Source: an uncultured Acidobacteriota bacterium
Lineage (GTDB): Bacteria; Actinomycetota; Acidimicrobiia; Spongiisociales; ZC4RG35
Assembly (NCBI GenBank): GCA_963711895.1
Contig: CAVQFU010000005.1
Span: forward strand, 26,034-90,033
Reading direction: 5' to 3'
Length of the DNA stretch: 64,000 nucleotides
The notes below the pieces were generated by a model. That model searched no databases. It worked only from the letters and a program-made list of their open reading frames with translations, and had not been told where the DNA came from. The position numbers and the translations under genes were made by a program. Numbering within the stretch: the stretch's first letter is position 1; the number at the start of each line of letters is the position of its first letter. Shown piece by piece: positions 18,213 to 28,609 of the stretch.

Positions 18213-18520
18213 GCACGCACGACGATCTCCTCGACCGGATTGAGGCGCACCTCCGCGGGCGTGGGGAATTGACCGAGGGCCGGGTGCTCGAAGGAGACGG
18301 CTACTTCGTCGATGGGCTTCTCGTGGTGGCGGTGATGGACGACGATCTATGTGTCAATGTGGGCAGGGATGAGTGGGAGGAGACACTGGCCGGGGACGGG
18401 GTCCGCCCGCTGCTCTTCGCCGATATGCCCGTGCCCGGCTGGGTGATGGTCGACGGCGCCTCTGTCACCGGCGAGGAATCCCTTGCCGGGTGGATCGAGA
18501 GCGCACTTGCCCGAGGCTGA
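18209..18520 (+). CDS. TfoX N-terminal-domain-like protein
   Basis: 103 aa. The TTG start overlaps the gltB stop (TTGA). The pattern LLDRIEAHL...DGYFVDGLLVVAVMDDDLCVNV resembles TfoX_N. Confidence 0.45.
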   Translation: MSTHDDLLDRIEAHLRGRGELTEGRVLEGDGYFVDGLLVVAVMDDDLCVNVGRDEWEETLAGDGVRPLLFADMPVPGWVMVDGASVTGEESLAGWIESALARG

Positions 18521-19010
18521 GCACATCGTGGTCATTGGGGCCATGGGCTCGGGCAAGACCACGGTAGGCGAGAGGCTGGCCCTGGCTCTTGGCCGCGTGT
18601 TCCTCGACTCCGACCGATCTATCGAAACCCGGACCGGGCGGTCGGGGCGTGAGATCGCAGAGACCGACGGTGTCGATGCACTGCACGAGCTGGAGAAGGA
18701 AGTCCTTCTCGAATCGCTCTCCGGTGAGCAGTCGGCAGTGATTGCCGCGGCGGCTTCTGTGATCGAAGACCCAGAGGTGCGTGGGGTCCTGGCCGGAGCC
18801 TTTTGTGTCTGGGTGACCGCAGACCCCGGGATCCTGGCGGAGCGCTCGGCACGAGGATCGCATCGTCGACCGATTGCGCCGTCGGAGCACCTCGAGCAGC
18901 GGGACCGGCTGTTCAGGGAGACGGCGGACGTGGTCGTCGACACTGGTGATCGATCGGTGGAAGAGTCGGTGGCGTCGGTCCTCGAGTCGCTGCGGGACGC
19001 AGAGAATTGA
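18507..19010 (+). CDS. shikimate kinase-like P-loop kinase
   Basis: IVVIGAMGSGKTTVGERLALALGRVFLDSDRSIE matches the AroK N-terminus. The start is uncertain (TTG 18483, TTG 18507 or GTG 18528). Confidence 0.6.
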   Translation: MPEAEHIVVIGAMGSGKTTVGERLALALGRVFLDSDRSIETRTGRSGREIAETDGVDALHELEKEVLLESLSGEQSAVIAAAASVIEDPEVRGVLAGAFCVWVTADPGILAERSARGSHRRPIAPSEHLEQRDRLFRETADVVVDTGDRSVEESVASVLESLRDAEN

Positions 19011-20237
19011 CCGGTGCGGTGGGTGACCGTTTCCCACTCGGGGTCAACTACTGGCCCCGACGCAAGGCGATGTACTGGTGGTCTGACTTCGATCGGGGCG
19101 AGGTGGCCGAAGAGTTCGATGTGATCGAGTCGCTGGGCATGTCCGTGGTCCGTATCTTCTTGCTCTGGGACGATTGGCAGCCATCAGCCGATGCAGTCTC
19201 GCCCGAGCGTCTGGGCGACCTCGGCGTCGTCCTCGACCTCGCCGCCGAGCGCGGGCTGGGTCTCGACGTGACCTTCTTCACCGGTCACATGAGCGGGCCC
19301 AACTGGTCGCCGGGATGGCTCCTCGATCCAGGTGCGAACGGGCACCCCTCCCCATACGTGCGTCAGGTGGTCAGCGGGGGAGTGGTTGTCGACTCTCCGT
19401 ACCGGAACATGTTCCACGACCCGGAGGCCCTGAACGCGAGTCGCCTGCTCCTCGAGACCGTCGTCGGCGAGTACCGGGACCACCCCGGGGTCTGGATGTG
19501 GAACCTGGGGAATGAGCCCGATCTCTTCGCCCACCCCCACGACGCGGCCGCGGGACGGTCCTGGGTCAGGGAGATGACCGAGCTGGTGAAAGAGATCGAT
19601 CCCGATCCACCCGGTCACCACCGGTCTGCACACGGCCAGTCTCTTCGCCGACAACGGGCTCCGTGTCGACCAGGTGTTCAGCGAGAGCGATGTCGCGGTG
19701 ATGCACGGCTACCCCATGTATGTCGACTGGGCCCGTGACCCACTCGACCCCGACTTCGTCCCCTATCTCTGTGCGCTGGTCACAGCGCTCACCGGGAAGC
19801 CGTGCCTGGCCGAGGAGTGGGGTGGCTGCACCTCACCCGACACCGCCGGATCCACCACCTGGGCCTGGACTGCCTACGGAGCGCCACGGACCCAGTTCAT
19901 GGCCGGGGAGGCGGAGCTCGCCGACTACGTCGAATCGGTTCTGCCCCGTTTGGTCGATGTCGGCGCCACCGGCGCGTTCATGTGGTGCTTCGCCGACTAT
20001 CACCCCGACCTTTGGGATCGGCCTCCCTGCGACGAGGGCGGAGCCAAGCACGAGCGCCACTTCGGTCTGGTCCGACCCGATGGCGGTCTCAAGCCCCATG
20101 CCGAGGTGATCAAGAAGTTCGCCGCCACCGCGCCGACGATCCGGGCTCCGGTGAAGACCGTGACTCTCGACATCACCCCCGACCAGTACTACCAGGATCC
20201 GGAGGCCTGGGCCCGGCGCCTCTACCAGGCCTGGTAG
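19007..20237 (+). pseudogene. glycoside hydrolase family 5-like (clan GH-A) enzyme, interrupted by an apparent +1 frameshift near 19607
   Basis: ORF 19007-19738 has the NLGNEPD acid/base motif. ORF 19674-20237 has LAEEWGG (nucleophile context). Reading EIDPD, then skipping C19607, gives HPVTTGLHTASLFADNGLRVDQVFSESD, continuous with the second ORF. Confidence 0.75.
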
Positions 20238-20268
20238 CACCCGTTACCAGACCTGGTAGCACTCGTTC

Positions 20269-20282
20269 TGAAAGCGCTTTCC
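20269..20282. promoter_or_regulatory. LacI-family operator-like palindrome TGAAAGCGCTTTCC
   Basis: 12-bp perfect core GAAAGC|GCTTTC. Resembles CebR-type boxes (TGGGAGCGCTCCCA). Confidence 0.55.
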
Positions 20283-20344
20283 AAAACTTCTGGAAAAATG
20301 ATCCCCGGTTTTGATTGACAGCGCCTGTTGATGGCCGGTATGTT

Positions 20345-20358
20345 TGAGAGCGCTCTCA
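20345..20358. promoter_or_regulatory. LacI-family operator-like perfect palindrome TGAGAGCGCTCTCA
   Basis: 14-bp perfect inverted repeat 19 nt upstream of the LacI-family gene ATG (20377). Confidence 0.6.
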
Positions 20359-20376
20359 GAGGGAGGAGCCCGACGG

Positions 20377-21384
20377 ATGGCGCGGACGCTCGACGACTTG
20401 GCCGAACTCAGCGGTGTTTCGCGTGCCACCGTCTCCCGGGTGATCAACGGGGGACCGGTCTCAGAAGAGACCAGGCGACGGGTCCTCGAGGTGATCGAGG
20501 GCACCAACTATCGACCAAACCTCGCCGCACGGTCGTTGGCGTCGGGGCGCACCGGTGTGGTGGGGGTGGTCATGCACGTCGACCCCCCCTTCCTCTTCGA
20601 AGACTCCTATTTCGTGGCCCTGCTCCACGGGGTGAGTGACGTGCTTGCCGATCGGGCGAGCGGGATGATGTTGTGGCTGGGCAACCGGAGCAAAGAAGAG
20701 ACGCTGGACCGGATCCTTGGCACCGGCCTCATGGATGGCGTGATCGTGTCTGCGGACAACCTCGATGACCCGCTGGTCGATGGCCTGCTCGCTTCGGACC
20801 TGCCCACGGTTCTCATCGGCCATCGGCGCTCTGATCTGACCGCCAGCTATGTCGATATCGACAACATAGGTGCCGCGGACACCGTCACTACTCACCTCAT
20901 CGACATCGGGCGGACCCGCATCGGCCACATAACCGGACGTCTGGGCAGCGTGGCCGGCGAGGACCGGCTGGTCGGATACCGGCGGGCGATGAAGCGTGCC
21001 GGACTCGACGCCGATCGTTTCGTGGTTGAGGGCGACTTCACTCGCCCCTCCGGAATCGAGGTCGCTGCGAAGCTGCTCGAAATGGATGTCGACGCCATAT
21101 TTTGCGCGAATGACGCCACGGCAAGTGGGGCACTGGAGACGATCCACGCCACTGGTCTGGCGGTGCCCAAGGACGTGGCGCTGGCCGGGTTCGACGATCT
21201 CCCGGTCGCATCCGAGCTCCACCCTCCCCTGACCACGATCCGTCAGGGCGTGCACGCCCAGGGCATCGAGTCGGCCTCTGCCCTCCTCAGCCTTCTGGAG
21301 AATCCTGAAGGTGGGCCGCGGCGAGTGCTTCTTCCAACCGAATTGGTCATCAGGCAATCGACGGTTGGAGGTCTATCGGGATAG
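20377..21384 (+). CDS. LacI-family transcriptional regulator (CebR-like by context)
   Basis: MARTLDDLAELSGVSRATVSRVINGGPVSEETRRRVLEVIEGTNYRPNLAARSLA HTH, plus a periplasmic-binding-fold C-domain. Confidence 0.9.
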   Translation: MARTLDDLAELSGVSRATVSRVINGGPVSEETRRRVLEVIEGTNYRPNLAARSLASGRTGVVGVVMHVDPPFLFEDSYFVALLHGVSDVLADRASGMMLWLGNRSKEETLDRILGTGLMDGVIVSADNLDDPLVDGLLASDLPTVLIGHRRSDLTASYVDIDNIGAADTVTTHLIDIGRTRIGHITGRLGSVAGEDRLVGYRRAMKRAGLDADRFVVEGDFTRPSGIEVAAKLLEMDVDAIFCANDATASGALETIHATGLAVPKDVALAGFDDLPVASELHPPLTTIRQGVHAQGIESASALLSLLENPEGGPRRVLLPTELVIRQSTVGGLSG

Positions 21385-21478
21385 CCCGAAGAAGGAGGTC
21401 CTGCCTGTCCCCGGTGCAGGACCGCAACGGCCACACGGTCGTTGAAATAGCCGGGGCCGAAGGAGGAGAAGGAAAGCA

Positions 21479-22945
21479 ATGAAGAAATCCAAGAGTACCG
21501 CCCTCGTGGTGGTCCTCCTCTTGATCCTTGCCGCGTGTGGTGGTACCGGTGACTCCGGTGGCTCCAGTACCACGGCGGCCACTAGCGAGGAGGCCACTAC
21601 GACGGCCGCTGCGGCGGCGACTACCGCGGCACCGTCCGGCGAGGCAGTTGAGGTTAGGTGGTTCGTCGGGCTCGGCGCCGGTGACGCGCCGGAGCAGAAG
21701 GCGGCCCAAGAGGCGGTGGTTGCCACTTTCAACGAGTCGCAGGATGAGATCGAGCTCGTGCTCGAGATCGTCGACTACGACGTCGCATACACGACCCTGG
21801 CAAACCAGATCGCTACCGGCGACGCCCCGGACATCATCGGCCCGGTAGGCCGCGACGGCTCGAATGGGTTCGCCGGGCTCTACCTGGACATCGAGCCCTT
21901 GATCGCGTCGACCGGGGTGGAGACCTCACAATGGGCGACGGCCGCCGTGGACAACCAGCGGGAAGCCGACGGGACCTTGGTCGGTCTCCCGTTCGGGTCC
22001 TTCCCTTCGGCCATGTATTTCAACCGGGACCTCTTCGCGGAGGCCGGTCTGCCCGAACCGCCACAGGAGTATGGGCCGGATGGCGTGACTGTGTACGGTG
22101 AGGGCACGGAATACGAGGGAACCTGGGACTGGGCCAAGGTCCAGGAGATCGCCGAGATCCTCACCGTTGACGGCAACGGGGTGGACGCCACGGATCCCGC
22201 CTTCGACCGCACGACTGCGACCCAGTTTGGCTTCCATTGGCAGTTCACCACCGGTCTCTTCCAGAACGGGTCGTTCTGGGGCGCCGGTTACCCGCTGGCG
22301 GATGACGGCACAGCCGATATTCCCGCCATCTGGGAAGAGGAGTGGAAGTGGTTCCACGCCAACGTGTGGGAGCGAGGCATCTCGCCAGACCAGACCATAT
22401 TGGAGGCGGGCGACAACCTGTTCCAGGGCGGGAACATTGCAATGGCGGCGACTCACCTGTGGTACACGTGCTGCATCCAGAACACTGAGAACAACATTGC
22501 CGGCGATTTCTGGGACTACGGGGTCATGCCTTCCAACAACGGGGTGGTCACGGCCAACATGCATGCGGACACCTTCCGCATCCTGGAGTCCACCGAGCAC
22601 CCGGAGCAGGCCTTCACGGCCATGTACTACCTCCTCACCGAAGCGGCTCTGGACCTGCTGACGGCCTACGGTGCAGCGCCGGCGGACCCGGCGCTGATGG
22701 ACGCTTACCTGGCAGCCCAAGATGAGAGGTACCCGCAAGGGGTCAACTGGCAGACCATCCTCGATGGCGCCAATTACGCGGACAACCCGAGCCACGAGAC
22801 CTTCCTCCCCGGATGGTCGGAGTACAAGGCCCGGCTCGTGGAGCTCGAAACTGGGATCCTGTCCAATCCGGATCTCGATCTGGATGCTGAGATCGCCCAG
22901 GTGGAAAGCGACCTGAGTGTGATCTTCGCCGAGAACGCTGAATAG
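21479..22945 (+). CDS. ABC sugar transporter substrate-binding lipoprotein (CebE-like by context)
   Basis: Signal and lipobox LLLILAACGG, a Thr/Ala-rich linker, and a family-1 solute-binding protein length and pattern. Confidence 0.85.
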   Translation: MKKSKSTALVVVLLLILAACGGTGDSGGSSTTAATSEEATTTAAAAATTAAPSGEAVEVRWFVGLGAGDAPEQKAAQEAVVATFNESQDEIELVLEIVDYDVAYTTLANQIATGDAPDIIGPVGRDGSNGFAGLYLDIEPLIASTGVETSQWATAAVDNQREADGTLVGLPFGSFPSAMYFNRDLFAEAGLPEPPQEYGPDGVTVYGEGTEYEGTWDWAKVQEIAEILTVDGNGVDATDPAFDRTTATQFGFHWQFTTGLFQNGSFWGAGYPLADDGTADIPAIWEEEWKWFHANVWERGISPDQTILEAGDNLFQGGNIAMAATHLWYTCCIQNTENNIAGDFWDYGVMPSNNGVVTANMHADTFRILESTEHPEQAFTAMYYLLTEAALDLLTAYGAAPADPALMDAYLAAQDERYPQGVNWQTILDGANYADNPSHETFLPGWSEYKARLVELETGILSNPDLDLDAEIAQVESDLSVIFAENAE

Positions 22946-23074
22946 GCTGACGGTTAGGGTCGATCGTATGACTGTGATCGTCGATGAGGGAGTGGCCGGT
23001 TCGGCCACCCCCTCTCACCACGCAAGCGCTCATCCCTGGCAAAGAGACGAGGCCGCGCCGGGCTTTGGTTCGTC

Positions 23075-23926
23075 ATGCCCTGGATACTCGGGTTCTTCCT
23101 CTGGTACGCGATCCCGATGGCGGCCTCCCTTTGGTTCTCGTTCACCGATTACGACCTGGTTAGTGACGAGCCCCTGCAATTCGTCGGGCTGGAGAACTGG
23201 GTCAGGTTGTTCAACGACGCCGATGTTCACCAGTCGGTCTTGGTCACCCTCAAGTTCGGGGCGATCGCCCTCCCCTTCGCGATTCTGTTCCCGCTGGCAA
23301 TCGCATATCTGTTGGTCGCGAAGTCCCTCAAGGGGCGGGAGGGTTTTCGCGCCCTGTTCTTCATGCCCTCGATCATCCCCTTCGTGGCCGCGGTCCTCAT
23401 CTTCACCGGGGTCTTCAACGGGAAAATCGGCTGGGTGAACAAGATCCTCGCCATTTTCGGTATCGACGGGCCCGAATGGTTCTTCGATGAGTTCTGGATC
23501 TACCCCTCCCTGGTGTTCATCGGTCTCTGGGCGGCGGGCAACGCCATCCTCATCTTCATCGCCGCCATGAAGGGGGTGCCGACTGATCTGTATGCGGCAG
23601 CGCGCATCGACGGCGCCGGGGAGTGGGGTTCCTTCCGGCACATCACCATCCCGTTCACCACCCCGATCATCTTCTACAACCTGGTCATCACCCTGATCGG
23701 GATCTTCGGCTACTTCCTCGTCCCCTTCGTCCTCAACAACGGCAGCGGCGCCCCCAACGGGGCTACCCAGTTCTATGCCCTCTACTTCTTCCGGACCGGG
23801 TTCCAGTTCTTCGACATGGGATACGCGGCGACATTGGCTTGGGCACTGTTCATCGTCGCGGTGCGGACAACGGGGGCCCTTTTCTGGTCGGCCAAGTACT
23901 GGGTCCACTACGAGTTCGAGGGATGA
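23075..23926 (+). CDS. carbohydrate ABC transporter permease (CebF/MalF-like)
   Basis: PWILGFFLWYAIPMAASLWFSFTDYD N-terminus and the EAA-loop region AARIDGAGEWGSFRHITIP. The conserved basic N-tail (KRRGRAGLWFV) precedes the ATG in frame with no canonical start, so the start is uncertain. Confidence 0.8.
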   Translation: MPWILGFFLWYAIPMAASLWFSFTDYDLVSDEPLQFVGLENWVRLFNDADVHQSVLVTLKFGAIALPFAILFPLAIAYLLVAKSLKGREGFRALFFMPSIIPFVAAVLIFTGVFNGKIGWVNKILAIFGIDGPEWFFDEFWIYPSLVFIGLWAAGNAILIFIAAMKGVPTDLYAAARIDGAGEWGSFRHITIPFTTPIIFYNLVITLIGIFGYFLVPFVLNNGSGAPNGATQFYALYFFRTGFQFFDMGYAATLAWALFIVAVRTTGALFWSAKYWVHYEFEG

Positions 23927-23930
23927 GACG

Positions 23931-26418
<2,488 letters not shown>

Positions 26419-26422
<4 letters not shown>

Positions 26423-27444
26423 CGGTGGAGCACCTGACGTCTCGGCTTGGGGTCGTGTGCCGAACCGGTCCTCGGGCCACGGCCCCGTGAGGCGACCTGG
26501 ATCAGATCGCCGAGCATTGCGCTAGCCGTTGGCTGACCCCCGGCGCCGGGCCCTGTGAAGAGGAGGCGGCCCACCGACGGCCCTTCGATGAAGATGGCGT
26601 TGGTCACCCCGTTGACCCCGGCCAACGGGTGGTCGGCGGGAAGGCTCACCGGTTGCACCGTAGCCTCGACCCGGCCATCGATTCCTCGCTGGGCGGCGCC
26701 GATCAGCTTGATCACCTCGCCCTTTTCGGTGGCGGCGGCCACTTGTTCGGCGGTCACCCCTTCTATCCCCTCACATTCGACCTCCCACGGCGCGACCCGC
26801 TCGCCGAAGGCGAGACTGGCGAGGATCGAGGTCTTGAACGCGGCGTCGCGCCCGGAGACGTCATCGGCGGGGTCGGTCTCGGCGTAGCCGAGACGTTGGG
26901 CCTCGGCCAGGGCATCGTCATAGCTGCGGCCCTCTTTGGCCATGGCGGTGAGGATGTAGTTGGTGGTCCCGTTCACGATGCCGCTCACCACATCGATGTC
27001 CTCGCCGGCGAGACTCTCGGCCAGCGGGCGGATCACCGGAATGCCACCGCCGACCGCTGCCTCGTACATGACGGAAACCCCGGCCCGTTTCGCCGCCTCC
27101 ATGATCTCCTGACCCTTGGTGGCGATGAGCTCCTTGTTGGCGGTGACCACGGGCTTCCCCGACCGCAGGGCAGCCAGAATCAGGGTGCCCGCCGGCTCGA
27201 GGCCACCGATGACCTCCACGATCACGTCGATCGATGGGTCGGTGACGACCGATAACGCGTCGTCGGTCATCCGATCGGCCTTGATGTCGAAGGGACGGTC
27301 TTTGGCCAGGTCCCGCACGGCGACCCGCCGGACCTCCATATCGACGCCCGACTTGAGCCTGATGGCGTCGCGGTCGCTCAGCAACCGGTTTACCAGGGCG
27401 CCACCGACGGTCCCGGCACCGAGCACGCCGACGCGAACGGTCAT
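26419..27444 (-). CDS. hom: homoserine dehydrogenase, short form (no obvious C-terminal ACT domain)
   Basis: VGVLGAGTVGGALV NAD motif, VVTANKELIA and EAAVGGGIPVIRPL. The 341-aa product ends soon after GPGAGGQPTASAMLGDL. Confidence 0.85.
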
Positions 27445-27513
27445 GGCGTCCGTCTCGATTCTCTCTGCTCTCTCATGTGACCTTCGCTTCTGGGATGGCC
27501 CCGCGGGTGGGGA

Positions 27514-27548
27514 ATCAAAAAGATCCGCTCCCTGCCGGTGCGGATCTC
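27514..27548 (-). terminator. intrinsic-terminator-like hairpin plus U-run inside the hom 5' leader (candidate attenuator)
   Basis: The minus strand reads AGATCCGC-ACCGGCAGGGA-GCGGATCT followed by TTTTGATT. It lies between the Thr-rich mini-ORF stop (27574) and the hom ATG (27444). Confidence 0.55.
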
Positions 27549-27573
27549 GTGGTTCGTGTGGTGGTGGCGCTGG

Positions 27574-27639
27574 TTACACGGACGAGTCGCACGGCCTTTC
27601 GGTCGTGGTCGTCATACCGGTCGTGAGCCAAGCGCTCAT
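27574..27639 (-). CDS. candidate Thr-rich leader peptide MSAWLTTGMTTTTERPCDSSV (or 13-aa MTTTTERPCDSSV from 27615)
   Basis: In-frame ATGs at 27639 and 27615, with 6 Thr in 21 codons including a run of four. No clear Shine-Dalgarno sequence. Confidence 0.4.
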   Translation of the reverse strand: MSAWLTTGMTTTTERPCDSSV

Positions 27640-27735
27640 GTGAATGGAAAGGTATCCGGGATCGGGGGTCAAGTCAATGCACAGGAAGGGCTGGACTCGA
27701 CAGGCAAGTAACCACTTGCCTATGATGTCAGGGCC

Positions 27736-28020
27736 ATGAGCGACATGTTCAAGGCTCTTGCCGACCCTACGCGGCGGGCGATCCTCGACGAGTTGACCGA
27801 CAAGGACGGTCAGACCCTGTTCGAGATATGCGCCCGGCTGGCGATGAAACACGGGTTGAGCCCGTCCCGGCAGGCCATCTCCCAGCACCTGGACGTTCTG
27901 GAAGAGGCCGGTCTGCTCAGCTCCCGCCGTGAAGGCCGGTACAAGTTCCATCACGTCAACACCTCGCCGTTGCAGAGCATCGTCGATCGTTGGCCCACGA
28001 ACGAGAGGGAAGAAGGATGA
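27736..28020 (+). CDS. ArsR/SmtB-family transcriptional regulator
   Basis: FKALADPTRRAILDELTDKDGQTLFEICARL...ISQHLDVLEEAGLL winged-HTH signature. Confidence 0.85.
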   Translation: MSDMFKALADPTRRAILDELTDKDGQTLFEICARLAMKHGLSPSRQAISQHLDVLEEAGLLSSRREGRYKFHHVNTSPLQSIVDRWPTNEREEG

Positions 28021-28406
28021 TTCGAATAAACGTCACATCGGTACTGGTCGACGACCAGGACAAGGCACTCGACTTCTATACGCAGAAACTCGGATTCGAG
28101 AAGAAGACTGAGATTCCCGTTGGGGAGTACAGGTGGCTGACCGTCTGCTCACCTGCCGACCCCGAAGGACCGGAACTCGTCCTCGAGCCGGACAACCATC
28201 CTGCAGCCGAGGTTTTCAAGAAGGCGCTGGTAGCGGACGGCATTCCCTTCATGTCTTTCGCCGTGGATGACGCCCGTGCCGAGTACCAGCGGCTCAGCGC
28301 GGCTGGCGTCGTTTTCACCCAGGAACCACTGGAGATGGGGGACATCACGACGATCGTGCTCGATGACACCTGCGGCAATCTGATTCAGCTCGCATCCTCC
28401 GGATAG
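28017..28406 (+). CDS. VOC-family (glyoxalase/bleomycin-resistance fold) protein
   Basis: MIRINVTSVLVDDQDKALDFYTQKLGFEKK...GNLIQL. ATGA overlap with the arsR-like stop. Confidence 0.8.
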   Translation: MIRINVTSVLVDDQDKALDFYTQKLGFEKKTEIPVGEYRWLTVCSPADPEGPELVLEPDNHPAAEVFKKALVADGIPFMSFAVDDARAEYQRLSAAGVVFTQEPLEMGDITTIVLDDTCGNLIQLASSG

Positions 28407-28459
28407 ACCCTCGGATGTTGCACAAATCCGCTGAAATCCAATAGTCTCAGTACTGACGA

Positions 28460-28585
28460 AGCGCTCATCTTGAGCGGTTGAGGGATCAGGCCCGATGAAA
28501 CCGCGGCAACCGGCGCAAGCACGGTGCCAATGCCTGGATCGATGAGTTGCCGGAGCCCTTGGCTCCCGGCGCTCTTCAAGCGTTT
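28460..28585 (+). promoter_or_regulatory. SAM riboswitch (S-box, SAM-I clan) with downstream expression-platform hairpin
   Basis: CUCAUCUUGAGCGGUUGAGGGAUCAGGCCCGAUGAAACCGCGGCAACC...GGUGCCAAUGCCUGGAUCGAUGAG matches the conserved P1, GAGGGA, GGCCC, AUGAAACC, GCAACC and GUGCNAA elements. A GCCGGAGCC/GGCUCCCGGC stem follows. Confidence 0.8.
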
Positions 28586-28609
28586 CGAGAAGAAACAGAG
28601 GAGTGACCG

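Noticed and set aside
22968-23074. ATG at 22968 as the true start of the first sugar permease through another frameshift
   Set aside because: It would need a shift of the opposite type (-1/+2) to the seven well-supported ones, and the N-terminal peptide has no conserved motif to anchor it. It is noted only as start-site uncertainty.
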